This document shows positions 16,691 to 27,900 of a stretch of DNA of 35,949 bases, one piece after another; within the stretch, counting starts at the first letter, position 1; each line of letters opens with the position of its first letter. The notes beneath the pieces are model-generated. The model searched no databases and was not told where the DNA came from. It was given only the letters and a program-made list of their open reading frames with translations. The stretch is taken from IMG/VR virus record IMGVR_UViG_3300025803_000038, positions 1 through 35,949 of that record. One strand, given 5' to 3'. The position numbers were made by a program, and so were the translations under genes. Origin of the DNA: a virus. Lineage: Duplodnaviria; Caudoviricetes.

Positions 16691-17833
16691 TTACTGCTCA
16701 TTCCATGATATTATAATCTTGCCACCTGGAGGTACTGAAACACTGTATGGCTGTAATGGAGTAACGGCTTTGTTTGTACTGCTAGGATTAGCTGCCTGGC
16801 CAGAGTTTCCAGGGTTTCCAGGATTAGAGTTAGAAGCTCGACCGCCAGAACCACCGCCACCGGCGGCGCCGCCTCGGCCGCCAGCTGGCATCGCACCTCC
16901 ACCACCGCCTCCGCCACCCGGTCCAGCCATTTGCTGACAACCAGTTGCGTTAATATGCGATGAATAAGCAACACCGGTGACCCCCCAGTTTCCAGAGCTA
17001 TTGACGTCACCGCCGTGGCCACCTCCACCACCTCCGGTACCACCCTGTCCGGTTTGGGCGCCCGGTGTACCATTGTTAGTACCACCGCCGCCGCCACCGC
17101 CGCGGGCGGTATCAGTAGGACTTCCGGGAGATCCACTGCCGCCACCTCGGCCGCCTCCACAGGATTGCGAAGCCGCGCCTGAACCGCCACCGCCGCCACC
17201 CCATCCATAGCATGATGGACCATTATCACTGTTCAAATTACCACCGCCGCCACCACCGCCACCACCGCCACCGCCAAAGCCAGCTGTTCCGCCATTACCA
17301 CCGCTGCCGCCAGCGCCGCCAGCAAAATTGACAGATAGACCAGGTATTGTAGCAGATTGACCAACATTTCCAGGGTTTCCAGGGTTTCCAGGGTTACCTT
17401 GAGATATTGAAAAACCGGACTGACCCCCTTGGGACCCACCAGGTCCACCGGCCGGAGTACCATAACTATAACCACCTATACCGCGACCAGGATAATTAGG
17501 ACCTACCGGGTTTCCGGGATTACTGTTCAACCAACCGCCAGAGCCGCCGGACCCACCGGTATTGTACCATGTCCAGCCTGGTATAGGTCCGCTAAGATTT
17601 CTTCCGGTTCCACCACCTCCACCACCTCCACCGTGACCGGGATCATGCTGGCTGGGCCCGGTAGAACCTGCCGTTCCGGAGTTACCAGAATTACCAGGAG
17701 CTCCGTATCCTTGAACGGTTACAGTAAAAATATCTGGTGTACAAAAAGTACCTGGTGTATTAAAAGTTTCGGAGCCCGCTGGAACCGGTTCCCGCCCACC
17801 CATTACACCAATCTTACCACTACCTATAGGCAT
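16691..17833 (-). CDS. Glycine-rich protein, probable polyglycine-II adhesin/fibre tip
   Basis: 380 aa with poly-G runs up to ~13 G, GNP repeats and aromatic loops; beta-like N- and C-termini (TFNTPGTF...TVTVQG / YSVSVPPGGKIIISW); next to the fibre chaperone. Confidence 0.8.
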   Translation of the reverse strand: MPIGSGKIGVMGGREPVPAGSETFNTPGTFCTPDIFTVTVQGYGAPGNSGNSGTAGSTGPSQHDPGHGGGGGGGGTGRNLSGPIPGWTWYNTGGSGGSGGWLNSNPGNPVGPNYPGRGIGGYSYGTPAGGPGGSQGGQSGFSISQGNPGNPGNPGNVGQSATIPGLSVNFAGGAGGSGGNGGTAGFGGGGGGGGGGGGNLNSDNGPSCYGWGGGGGGSGAASQSCGGGRGGGSGSPGSPTDTARGGGGGGGTNNGTPGAQTGQGGTGGGGGGHGGDVNSSGNWGVTGVAYSSHINATGCQQMAGPGGGGGGGGAMPAGGRGGAAGGGGSGGRASNSNPGNPGNSGQAANPSSTNKAVTPLQPYSVSVPPGGKIIISWNEQ

Positions 17834-17836
17834 TTG

Positions 17837-18472
17837 TTATACCTCATTTTTATTATGACGTTCACCGTATCCGATACGGTCTCGATAATCGTATTTATAA
17901 TCCTTATTTATGCTGTTTTTATCTACATAGTGTAACATAGTCTGTACAACCATTTTAGTATTTGTTGTATTCAATGGCTTTCTTGCGTGTGGTATCTCAC
18001 AACCAAGATATACAACACCATCACCTGGTTCAAGAATATATTCATTACCGTTCATAATAATAGCGTTATAATCACCGATAGTCGCTATATTAATTGTTAC
18101 ACTATACTCACATGATGGTCTGTCTGTATGCTCAGTAAGTTCATTACTATCTACATATATACGACTGTAGGAATATGTAGGAGATAGCTGCTTTTTTACT
18201 ATATCCTCAATTTTAGACTGAAGTTTACCTAATAATACTTCTATTAAAGGATCACCGTAACATTGCCATTCACTTATTGTATGTTTATTGCTTTTTTCCC
18301 AACCATATAAACTATTTTTTTCAGTTGAAGTTTCTTGTGCTTGATTTACTTGATATTCAAAATATCTGGATATTGTATCGACAGTATCACTATCAAGTAA
18401 ATTTTTTACTAAAACATAGCCATCTTCATTAAATTTTTTATAGTGTTCATTAGACAAGAACATAAACTTCAC
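17837..18472 (-). CDS. 2OG-Fe(II) dioxygenase-like protein
   Basis: PTYSYSRIY...HTDRPSCEYSVTI (HxD), GDGVVYLGCEIPHAR (distal His), QTMLHYV. Confidence 0.8.
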   Translation of the reverse strand: MKFMFLSNEHYKKFNEDGYVLVKNLLDSDTVDTISRYFEYQVNQAQETSTEKNSLYGWEKSNKHTISEWQCYGDPLIEVLLGKLQSKIEDIVKKQLSPTYSYSRIYVDSNELTEHTDRPSCEYSVTINIATIGDYNAIIMNGNEYILEPGDGVVYLGCEIPHARKPLNTTNTKMVVQTMLHYVDKNSINKDYKYDYRDRIGYGERHNKNEV

Positions 18473-18474
18473 CT

Positions 18475-19152
18475 TTATTCATCTTGATCCACATGAAACC
18501 AACCAGTAACTACATATTTCGCTTGATCACCAAACACAGCATTGCCTCTGTGTAAATGAGTATAACCTGCTGGCCATATAACTAACCTGTTTTCTACTGG
18601 ATTTACTCTTCTTTGCTGGTGTAAAAATTCTGTCTCACCGTTTGCTTCAGGTGGTAAAGTATTGAGATAAAGCATATAAACAGCATCACGAGTTGCAAAC
18701 ATTCCTGGACCGTGTTCATGATGCCATATATGATAGCCACCACCTGATGTTGTTTTTTGTACTTTCATATGATATAAATGATGATTTATTAATTTTAAAC
18801 CATTCCATTTTTCAGCGTAAATATCAAAACATTCACGTACACCTTTAATAAATAACATATTCAAAAACTGGCCGTTAAACTTAAAATAGTCAGCATATCT
18901 CATATCAATCGTATGAATAATGTCATTATGTAATATATTATTCAGTTCTACTGCATCATCGTTTTTATGAAGTTTCAAGCAATTTTCTGATTTTTGTCTA
19001 TTATTAGTAAATTCAAGTTTTTGCAAGAGATCAAAATTATCGATAATTTTTTTGCAAAATTTATCTGGAAATACATTATCAAAGATACCAATAGCATCAT
19101 CATCTAAAGAATATTTAAAATCATCTCTTAATGTAAATTCTATATCATTCAT
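18475..19152 (-). CDS. 2OG-Fe(II) dioxygenase (cyanophage-type, prolyl-hydroxylase-like fold)
   Basis: GGYHIWHHE (HxE), YMLYLN, GETEF, LVIWPAGYTHLHRGN, KYVVTGW. Confidence 0.9.
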   Translation of the reverse strand: MNDIEFTLRDDFKYSLDDDAIGIFDNVFPDKFCKKIIDNFDLLQKLEFTNNRQKSENCLKLHKNDDAVELNNILHNDIIHTIDMRYADYFKFNGQFLNMLFIKGVRECFDIYAEKWNGLKLINHHLYHMKVQKTTSGGGYHIWHHEHGPGMFATRDAVYMLYLNTLPPEANGETEFLHQQRRVNPVENRLVIWPAGYTHLHRGNAVFGDQAKYVVTGWFHVDQDE

Positions 19153-19737
19153 TTATGCAAACCTCGGGCCGGTTAACCATGCTACCAATGATTGACGTGT
19201 ACCTTGTGTAACAGGGGTTACCTGATGCAGTGTCCATGATGGAAAAGCAACTAGCATACCACGTCTTTTTTCTATTGTTATAATCTCGCTATTACCAGTA
19301 TTTAGTTGTAAGCTACCACCTTCATAATCTGCAGGGTCCGATAACTGTAATACAATAGAAAGCTTTCTACTACATATTCCGCCAAAATCTACATGCCAAT
19401 TATACATACCGTGATCTGTACTATTATAATTAGTAAACTGTAAAGCTTCGCCAAAACCTGTAAGTTTGAATTGAAAGAATCTTGAATTAAGGTTTGACAC
19501 ATGATGTGAAAGTTTATGATAGATCCATAATGTTTCTCTACTATTGTGTACCCACTTAAGATTAGAGCGTCTTACATTATCACTTACTGTACCTAAACTA
19601 CCAGGTCCTACTAAACCTGGGTCTTGAGCGCTTCTAGCTATTTCCTGTAAGGTATTTAATTCCTGTGGTTCAAAGCAGTCATATTGATAAGCAAAGGTAT
19701 GATGTTCACCCGTATAATCAGTTAATACATGTTCCAT
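19153..19737 (-). CDS. 2OG-Fe(II) dioxygenase (P4H/PKHD-type)
   Basis: YNWHVD (HxD), RKLSIVLQLSDPADYEGG, FPSWTLHQVTPVTQGTRQSLVAW (distal His and 2OG-binding Arg). Confidence 0.92.
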   Translation of the reverse strand: MEHVLTDYTGEHHTFAYQYDCFEPQELNTLQEIARSAQDPGLVGPGSLGTVSDNVRRSNLKWVHNSRETLWIYHKLSHHVSNLNSRFFQFKLTGFGEALQFTNYNSTDHGMYNWHVDFGGICSRKLSIVLQLSDPADYEGGSLQLNTGNSEIITIEKRRGMLVAFPSWTLHQVTPVTQGTRQSLVAWLTGPRFA

Positions 19738-19740
19738 AAT

Positions 19741-20355
19741 TTAAGCTCGTTTAGGTGTTGATGTAACACAAAAATGTAAAAATTTTAGACTATTGTTTGA
19801 ATAGTGAGGTGTAAATTTATGAGGTAGGAAGGAATTGAACACCATTAACGTGCCCTTTACTAGATTATTAAATATAATAGACGATTCACCAGCAAGTATT
19901 TCTTCATGTTCAACCATAAACATGTCAGACATCAATTTACCTGGTCTCGGATCTTCGAATATTAAAGATGAGCTGTTTTCATCAGGCTGAGTAATAATAT
20001 AAACACCACTTAGAACAGTATTCGAATGAACGTGTACTGGTTGCTGTGCACCGTAGGATAGTTCTTGTCCCCATAACGCATCAACACCTATATTATACAA
20101 AGATGTATCGTATCCTTGAGAATTTAATATCTCAACGGAAAGAGTATTTAAATGGTTAACAAAAGGCTGGATTGCGCTAGCGGCTTGACTACACTCCCAT
20201 ACAGCAGTTGTATTGAGAGGCATAGGTATATTGAAATTGTGTTTTTGTCTAGCTGTATTATATAAATTTTCCGTACTATTGTGTATCGTATCAGCCCACT
20301 GAGGTAGTTCATCGCGATACACAATAGATGGAAAATAGCTCCAACTTTGCATCAT
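19741..20355 (-). CDS. Putative 2OG-Fe(II) oxygenase (TIGR02466-like, HxH type)
   Basis: PVHVHSNTVLSGVYII, LIFEDPRP, GTLMVFNSFLPH. Confidence 0.82.
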   Translation of the reverse strand: MMQSWSYFPSIVYRDELPQWADTIHNSTENLYNTARQKHNFNIPMPLNTTAVWECSQAASAIQPFVNHLNTLSVEILNSQGYDTSLYNIGVDALWGQELSYGAQQPVHVHSNTVLSGVYIITQPDENSSSLIFEDPRPGKLMSDMFMVEHEEILAGESSIIFNNLVKGTLMVFNSFLPHKFTPHYSNNSLKFLHFCVTSTPKRA

Positions 20356-20382
20356 AATATAAATTTTTAAATTTGAATAATA

Positions 20383-20640
20383 TTAAGCGCCGGTTTTAAT
20401 ATAAGTAGCTAAAGTATCTGCGTAAGCTTTAATAGCATCTGCAGTTACATCACGTTCAGATACTGGCTTAGAACGTGCATTCTCCATTAGAACCGTATGC
20501 GCTACTTTAACCATATCAGCTCGATTAGTTATTTCAGCCTGTGCCATTGCTGTTTGATTAGTAGCAGCTATCTCAGCTTCACGAAGAGCTCGATCTTTAT
20601 CGCGTTCTGCAATTTGCTGTTCTGCGGTCAATTCTGCCAT
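20383..20640 (-). CDS. Small helical hypothetical protein, first gene of the oxygenase transcript
   Basis: 85 aa, AGGAG RBS, directly after a late promoter. Confidence 0.78.
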   Translation of the reverse strand: MAELTAEQQIAERDKDRALREAEIAATNQTAMAQAEITNRADMVKVAHTVLMENARSKPVSERDVTADAIKAYADTLATYIKTGA

Positions 20641-20673
20641 TTTAAACTCCTAGGTGTGTTGTTACAAGTTATT

Positions 20674-20681
20674 TATTTATA
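20674..20681 (-). promoter_or_regulatory. T4-type late promoter TATAAATA upstream of the oxygenase/adhesin cassette
   Basis: Exact consensus in the intergenic gap. Confidence 0.8.
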
Positions 20682-20683
20682 AA

Positions 20684-21712
20684 TTAAGATAAGTTAGCCA
20701 TCGGAATCGACACATACCATGTAGTGCCACCATCAGGCGAGAAAAAGAACCATATATCTGTTGCGTTCGCAGCTGTAGTTCTTGATACTGATCCTCCTGG
20801 ATATTCAAATGTTCCGCCAGAAAAGGCTACCGTTCTACCTGCTGTACCATCATTAGTCAATATTAACGAAAATGATGTAGCAGTGCTTGATGTTACTGTA
20901 CTAGGTGCAGCTAGTGTAAAGGTACAGTTACCATTAAGAGTACAGGTGAATACATTACCTTGTGTACATGTAATTGTCGTTGCTGTTCCGGAGTTACCTA
21001 ATGCTACTACATCATCGGAAAATACTGCGTTCCAATAACCTAATTTGTCTATTCTAGCTTTTTCAGCTGCAGATGTTGAGAATGTTATAGTATTTGCAGC
21101 TGGAAACGCAATATTTACATCACCTTTAGTACCAACTGTTCCAGCTACTGTAGCTCCTGCTACCGTGTTAGCAGCAACTGTAGGTCCGGTAAATGGGCCA
21201 GTTGTTGCAATAGAAGTTAATGTACCAACGCTTGTGATATTAGGTTGAGCTGCAGTTGAAATAGTGCCCGCTAATGTGTTGGCAGTTACCAAGTCTACAG
21301 TTAAGTCACCGTCAAAGTCAATAGCGTCAGCTTGTAATGTCGTAAAGTTTGCTGCTGTAGCATTAACTGTATTAGCAGTAACGATCGGTGCTGTAACAGG
21401 TCCTGCAAATGCCCCTGTATTAGCAGTAATACCGTCTACAGTAAGATCACCATCAAAGTCGATAGAATCAGCCTGTAGTGTTGTAAAGTTTGCTGTTGTA
21501 CCGTTAACAGTATTAGCAGTAACTATAGGAGCTGTTACTGGACCTTTGAACGATGCTGTGTTGTCAAAGGTATTAAGTGTACCTGTGAACGTGTTGTTAG
21601 ATGCAAGACCAGCAGCTTGCGTATTAACCTGATTGAAACGCACACGCCAGGTGTTAAACGTATCAGATAACGCTACGTTCGCTAATGGTGTTCCTGAGTC
21701 AAATAGTGCCAT
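20684..21712 (-). CDS. Short tail fibre-like protein
   Basis: N-terminal VALSDTFNTWRVRFN anchor-like motif, repeat shaft, AAQPNITSVGTLT fibre motif, C-terminal beta domain (SFSLILTNDGTAGRTVAF...DIWFFFSPDGGTTWY). Confidence 0.8.
   Translation of the reverse strand: MALFDSGTPLANVALSDTFNTWRVRFNQVNTQAAGLASNNTFTGTLNTFDNTASFKGPVTAPIVTANTVNGTTANFTTLQADSIDFDGDLTVDGITANTGAFAGPVTAPIVTANTVNATAANFTTLQADAIDFDGDLTVDLVTANTLAGTISTAAQPNITSVGTLTSIATTGPFTGPTVAANTVAGATVAGTVGTKGDVNIAFPAANTITFSTSAAEKARIDKLGYWNAVFSDDVVALGNSGTATTITCTQGNVFTCTLNGNCTFTLAAPSTVTSSTATSFSLILTNDGTAGRTVAFSGGTFEYPGGSVSRTTAANATDIWFFFSPDGGTTWYVSIPMANLS
21275..21550 (-). repeat. Tandem 47-aa (141-nt) duplication in the fibre shaft
   Basis: FxGPVTAPIVTANTVNxTxANFTTLQADxIDFDGDLTVDxxTANT occurs twice (aa ~55-146). 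Confidence 0.9.
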
Positions 21713-21738
21713 CTTTGTTTCCTATTTTCTTAATTATA

Positions 21739-21957
21739 CTATTTATCCAGAATTTTTGCAAGCATTATTTTAATATCTTGCATCTCTTGTTTTATATTAT
21801 TTATGTCTTCTGACAATGCGCTAACTGTACTAGTCTGCTTTTGTTCAAACTCTCTTTTACGCCTGTATGCTTGTAAAGCGTTATGGTCAACGTTAATAAT
21901 ACCATGCGTTGACATATCACGTAAGTATCCTGGATTATTTTCTACTTTCTTGTACAT
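21739..21957 (-). CDS. Small hypothetical coiled-coil protein following the VrlC-like gene
   Basis: 72 aa; KVENNPGYLRD...GIIN motif and C-terminal heptads; translationally coupled to the upstream gene. Confidence 0.8.
   Translation of the reverse strand: MYKKVENNPGYLRDMSTHGIINVDHNALQAYRRKREFEQKQTSTVSALSEDINNIKQEMQDIKIMLAKILDK
21740..21747 (-). promoter_or_regulatory. Late promoter variant GATAAATA upstream of the fibre gene
   Basis: 7/8 match overlapping the stop of the upstream ORF; the same variant recurs at 15473, 29854 and 34503. Confidence 0.6.
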
Positions 21958-21958
21958 A

Positions 21959-24900
21959 TTAGGCCTGCAGCGCTACCGTTATCATTTCATCAACTTTAGG
22001 CACCACACCAGAAGATTGAGCGGTTAATACAATCTTAATTGCCAAATACTTGTAACCAGTATATGTTACGCCTTGACTGTTAACGTATTGAATTTCATTA
22101 CTACCACCGGACAAGTTAGCCGTCGGTACTTCAAAATCGTACAGTTTAAAGTCGTTTTCATCTTCATTAGACGAGTATACTGTCGATACCGTAGTTTGAT
22201 TCATTAGTACCCAGTCGCGATCTTTAAATGCATCGCTATCGTCTTTGTTTAGAATCTTATAATAAACATTTATACCGGTAGTTGAAGGCTTGTAAGCTCT
22301 TAGTCTTACTCTAATGTCTTCTGCATCTTGACCATCTGCAAGAGTAAGTGTTCTTGTAATATAACGTGCAAGAGCATCACCGCTATCAGCATTTGTCTCG
22401 TTAGCAACCGTATTGTTAACTGTATTGTTAACCAGTGTCAAATTGATTCTCTCAAGGTCTAACACTGGTCCAATAATAGGATTAGATGTTGACATTGATA
22501 CTCTAACTTCAGCTGATTTCGCACCACCTATGTTAGTCGACTCTAGCGTTTTACCAAGTACATACTTTGGAGTTCTGAAGTTTGTGTTTCTATTTTGATT
22601 AAGAGCTCTAAATGCAGTATCTCTTGTTGTAGCTGTAGTGTTCAACTTGGTTGTTGCAGAAACTGTGCTTTCCTCAAACTGCAATGAACTAAGATTCAAT
22701 CTCATAGTATCTACTTCAATCTTATCTAGACTCTTAATAGTTGTTGTGTAACCATTAATCTGACCTTTTAGCTGCATACCAGTAGTAAATGTACCAGATG
22801 CATTATCTAAATGTAATACTGTATTGCCATTGTGATTTACACCGTCATAGTAGATAACGTTACCGCTTGGTGTCGAAACACTATGAATAGTTGTATGTGT
22901 TGGTTGTTTTATACCATTGATTACAACGTTTACTCTCTCGCCTGCAGTAAATTTATTTACTAATGATACATCTTTCAAAACTATAGTATTAGAGGATTGT
23001 GATATTACTGTAGCGTTTGCACCAGACGTATTACCAACCAAAACAAAGTTAGTATTTACAGATAATGCCGATGTACCTACTATTGTTGTATGACCAACAA
23101 CTTGCTCACCAACAGTACTAAATGTATTCGAACCTGTTACCTGGAAGAACTCTCTATCTTCGTTTTTAAATACTGCTGTCGCAGTGGAATTTTTTGCAAA
23201 GTTAGCAATATACAAGTTAAACTTGAGATCTTCTTCTTGTATTGCAGACCACTGTCTTGCATTCGAGGAAGCAAATAAAGTACCAACATATGGCTGCTTA
23301 TTAATTCTCTCACCGGTAATTAAATCTGTACCACCAAGTCTTGAAACATATAGACTGGTGTTTGGATTGTTAGCTGCAGGTCTTACAATAATTGCATACT
23401 CTTTATTTCTAGCTAAGAAGACTGGTGTTGAGAAGTATACAGGTGTAGGAGCTCCACCATTAGAGCTAGTATTAATATCAGCTGCTTCAACAGTTACTCT
23501 ACTGAACGGTAAAATCTTATCTGTTATAAATCCGCCACCAGCTGCTACTTCTCTGATCTCAACAAATACTGGTCTTGTTGCATCTTTCGTTGCAAAGAAC
23601 AGATCAATTTTTGTTAAGTATCCGCCCGAGCTTAGTACAAAGTCATTGAAGTTATCCATGATAAATGTTTGGGCGATCGGGTCATCTTGGCCGTTTGGAC
23701 AGTCATAACCTGGATAGTTGAGGCTTTTCTGCTCTCTAAACAACTGAACATCGCTTAGCAGCAGATTGAACTGGTCTTCCGGATTACTACCTATAGAAGG
23801 CTCAAACACTTCTGCAAATTCAGTATTTGCATCAAACGTTTCTGTAAGATCAGTTACACCAATACGTCCAGAACCATCTGGATTTTGACCTAGATAATCT
23901 AACTCTAAAATATGTTCAGCTGATTTAACAAATTCAGAACTTTCAGAAGTTATAGTACGTGTATCCGTTACTGTTGTCTGCACTACTTCATAGGTACGTG
24001 TAGATATAATAGTATCTCTTACAGTTTCAGTTTTACCTTCAGATGAATATGTCGCTTCACCTGATGTGGTAACAAGACCAGCTCCTTTTTCGTTTGTGAT
24101 ACTGTCAGAGAGTCTAAATCTTCTAGAACCTGCTCTAAAGCTCAAGCTATTATCGTTGGGTACTCTGAATCTGCAATAAATGTCACCGTTACTATCTGTA
24201 ACAAGCGCAGCTCCTTCATTAGCTGTATTTGCGTATGCAGATGTTGTAGGTGCTACGTAAGCATTCACGTCAATACCGTCAAAGAATGCATACAATCTTG
24301 CATTTGGTTTAAAGCCTCGTCCTTCTACATTAACAACACGTGAACGCATAAAAGGTATAACGTCGGTATTAATAACTGAAGAACCAATATTCTTTGTAGT
24401 AGTTTTTGGTACAACAGTTGATTGTATGCCTGTTCTTACTTGCTGCTCTGTAATAGAAGTAAGTTGCTCTTGATATTCAACAACTTTAAGAACATTTACA
24501 CCGCTATCAGCAACGTTATTATTTCTTCCTTCGACAGAGACTACTGTATCACCTACATCTTGTGTTGTACTGCCGCTCCAAGTTGTTTCCCAATTACCCC
24601 AGTCAGTAGTCCAAGATGACTGGCCCGCAGCAATATTATCATTAGTATTATCTTGGTTAATTACAAGATCAGGTGCCCTCACTGTCTCACACCAGAAATC
24701 ACTGTTCGGTGATAGTGTGATTTGACCTAAGAACTTCCAGAATAAACCGGCGGCATTTCTTGTTGTAGAAGCATACGGCTGTCTAATTACTTTTCTATGT
24801 GCGTAGGTTATAGACGCAAGCTTTCCTACAGGAGGAACATACACTTCTGAAATAGTACCTGATGAGCTACTTGTGCCGCCTGTCGCGGTTGCACTTACTG

Positions 24901-27900
24901 CAAACGTACCTGATACACTTTGAAGATATACTCTTCTACCAACCTGATAAGCTACTTTACCTGATGCTGCACCAGCAGTTACTGTCTCATTGATAGTAAA
25001 TTTATCTGTACCACCAACAGTAATTCTTGCATCTCTTGGTCCAATGATTACATTAGAACTATTAGATGATTGATAGCTAAGATCTATATTATTCAGAGTA
25101 AACGGTGGTCTAAGTTCTCCGCGAGCTCTGTCAATAGAAATTTTATAGTTAGGATCATGCGGATTACCAATATTGTGACCATTAAAGTTGTCTACAATAA
25201 TACCGTTTTTAAATCTATCTACACCACTTGCAGTAGCAAATTTAAGATTAGTTGCTTCATTTTCGAGCAGTGAAAGTCTAGTATAATATTCTACTCTATC
25301 CAGTCTATCTTTAATTCTACCGATATCACGCATAGTGAATCTTTCGATTCTTGTTGGTATAACCTTACAAGCGAGGTCAGTACGCTTATATGTTTGACCT
25401 ACGTATGTAGAGAGCGACGGATATGGAGTTATATTTAATTGCGCTAGTGGTAAATGGCCATCCGGCTCATTAGGATAGACAGGTGTAATATCAGGTGTAC
25501 CGCTAGTAATTTTAATAGCTCCAGAAGAATCCATTGAAATAAGATCACGTCGGCCGATATAGTAATCAAGATCGAAGTTAGCAGTCTCATTTGGAGCCAT
25601 AAACTTCAAACCACCTGCAGGAGACACAATAGTGCTTCCAGCTGGAGGATTAGTAGTAATATTAGTTAACGATGTTACGTTATTTGCAGTATCTTGTATT
25701 CTAGGTCTAATATCAATACTATTTCTTAGATCATACGCAGCACCGTTTACAGGAGAAACATATAAAGGTATCTCTTGTGTGGTAATTGCAGTTGTATTAG
25801 CTACATTAGCATCGTCAATTGGATACGAGTCAACAGAGAAGAAACCTATACCTTGTGATGTATCATGTGTAAAGAAATTCATCTTAACAAGATAAACATC
25901 ACCAGCGGAGGCTGTCTTACCAGGAGCAAGTTTCAGTTTACTGTGTTTATACAGATTATCCGTCTGTCCGCTATCTAAAATAAAGTCTGTAGTAACAACC
26001 GTTCCTTCTGTAGTTGTGGTAAATAGAGTGTTACCGGTTTTCTTTCTTACTTCAACTATCTTATGTCCGTCTGACAGTCCAAGATTCCATGGACCTGATG
26101 TATTATTAGTACCGTCAGATTGGTTAACAGTTAACTGTACATATCTGTTTGATCTGTAATCTTTAGCAATTTCTTGACCATCAACACGCTGTAGTTCTGT
26201 AATAACCGTTGCTGAAACAGTAGAACTTAAAGTCTCTTGAATATCAAAATCAGCACCAGTAGTAGATGTTACATTGATAGTTCGATCTGATCCGTCTCCG
26301 CCGACACCGGCCATATCAATAACTTGACCAGGCTTAAAGCTTTTAGTTATGTTAGCTGAACTAATCGCACCGTATGCTATTTCTTCGGTTGACAGGGTTG
26401 TAGATGTTACTGCAGTTACAATAAATGTGTTACTATGTCCTGCAAACGCAATTCTGTCACCAATATTAAATTTAGTATCAGCGTTTGTAAGCCCGGATAC
26501 TGTGTTAGCCATGGCTGACATTGAGCCTGTATCTACAGTACCAGAACTTACAGCTTCGTCATTCAATACAACATGAAAATTAGTTCTTGTATTGGTGTCC
26601 GAGAGAACACCTGTACCGAATGGGAATCTATCAGCAGCTGAACCTGTGGCAACACTAAATGTTCCATCAGATGCAATAGTAACGTCAAACTCTTTTAAGA
26701 AAGTGAAATTGGTGTCTAAGTTACCTGTTGTATCTCTAATTGTTTTAATACTAGTTACAGGTAGTGAATAGATTGCTCTATTAAAGTCTACTTCTTGTAA
26801 AGCTGCTTCACCGCTTGTAAGTACAATATCAGCCACACCATTAGCTTGTGATGCTGCGGTATTGTCGATATGCACAGACCGTACTGTGGAAAGAGTGTTG
26901 CTTGTTGTTTCAATATCGTAAAGATAAAGATTATATTTTGCTTCTGAAGAACCTTTGGTTCCAGAAACATAATCAATAGCACGTACGCGCGCAGTACCGA
27001 CTTCTTGACCAACTCGAGCGGCAGTACCAGAGAATACATTGTTTGATACTGCATGGGCAGCTGCATCTCTTAATGAAACTTTATTGTGGGTATTAACGTC
27101 CCAAACACCAGCTGCTTCCTTTACTACAAGATAGTTACCATAGTTAGAAGTAACAGCAACATCTTCGATTGATTCGTATGTTGTTGCTTTATTAATAGTA
27201 ATTGGAAGTGTTTGAAGAATGTTAAGATCGTAACCCTTAACAAACGCAGTACCTGGCTCTACTTCAACAACCAGTTTGTTAGAGTCGCCATTTGCTCCTG
27301 TAGTAAATCTACCTTGATTGTTAGCCTGTCTTAAATGCTCTTTTAATCTAACGCCGAGGCCCTCAACAACAAAATTACCGCTAGTGTCGTACGAACGACG
27401 AGCTAGATGCTCGTTTACTCTAGAAAATTCTGTTCTTGGTCTGTTGCTTACTAGAAAACCATTTTCGATTCTAGTAAGTTCAATGAAGTTGATTCCAGTA
27501 TTAGCGGTAATCTCATATTTTACAAGAGTAGGATTGAGCTTAAGACGTGCTGCACCGGGAGCTGCATAGTTATAAGAACCTGAAGCTGGATCTAATAGCG
27601 TTGAGTCTTCAACATTAGTTACAATTGTTTCAGCAATATTAAGACCGATTTTGTAAGATCCGATTGTGTTATACTTGCCTAAGATTAACGACTGCGCAGG
27701 TACTCTAATAAAATGGTCTTTAGCGAAAACTACACCTTCTGAAATAGTAACACGCTGTGTAAGACCTCTTGAAGAGGCTCCAGTAGCAACGTTAGCAGTA
27801 TATCCACCTGTATTTGCAGTAATGATTTCATTTGCTGTAAATACGGTATTGCCGGTTGTACTAGTCGCTCCAGTGTCAACATATTTAACATACAGTGTTT

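Noticed and set aside
16635-17935. Alternative-frame ORFs over the Gly-rich gene, including poly-Pro plus-strand ORFs
   Set aside because: Shadows of stop-poor GGN repeats; no RBS or frameshift signal seen.
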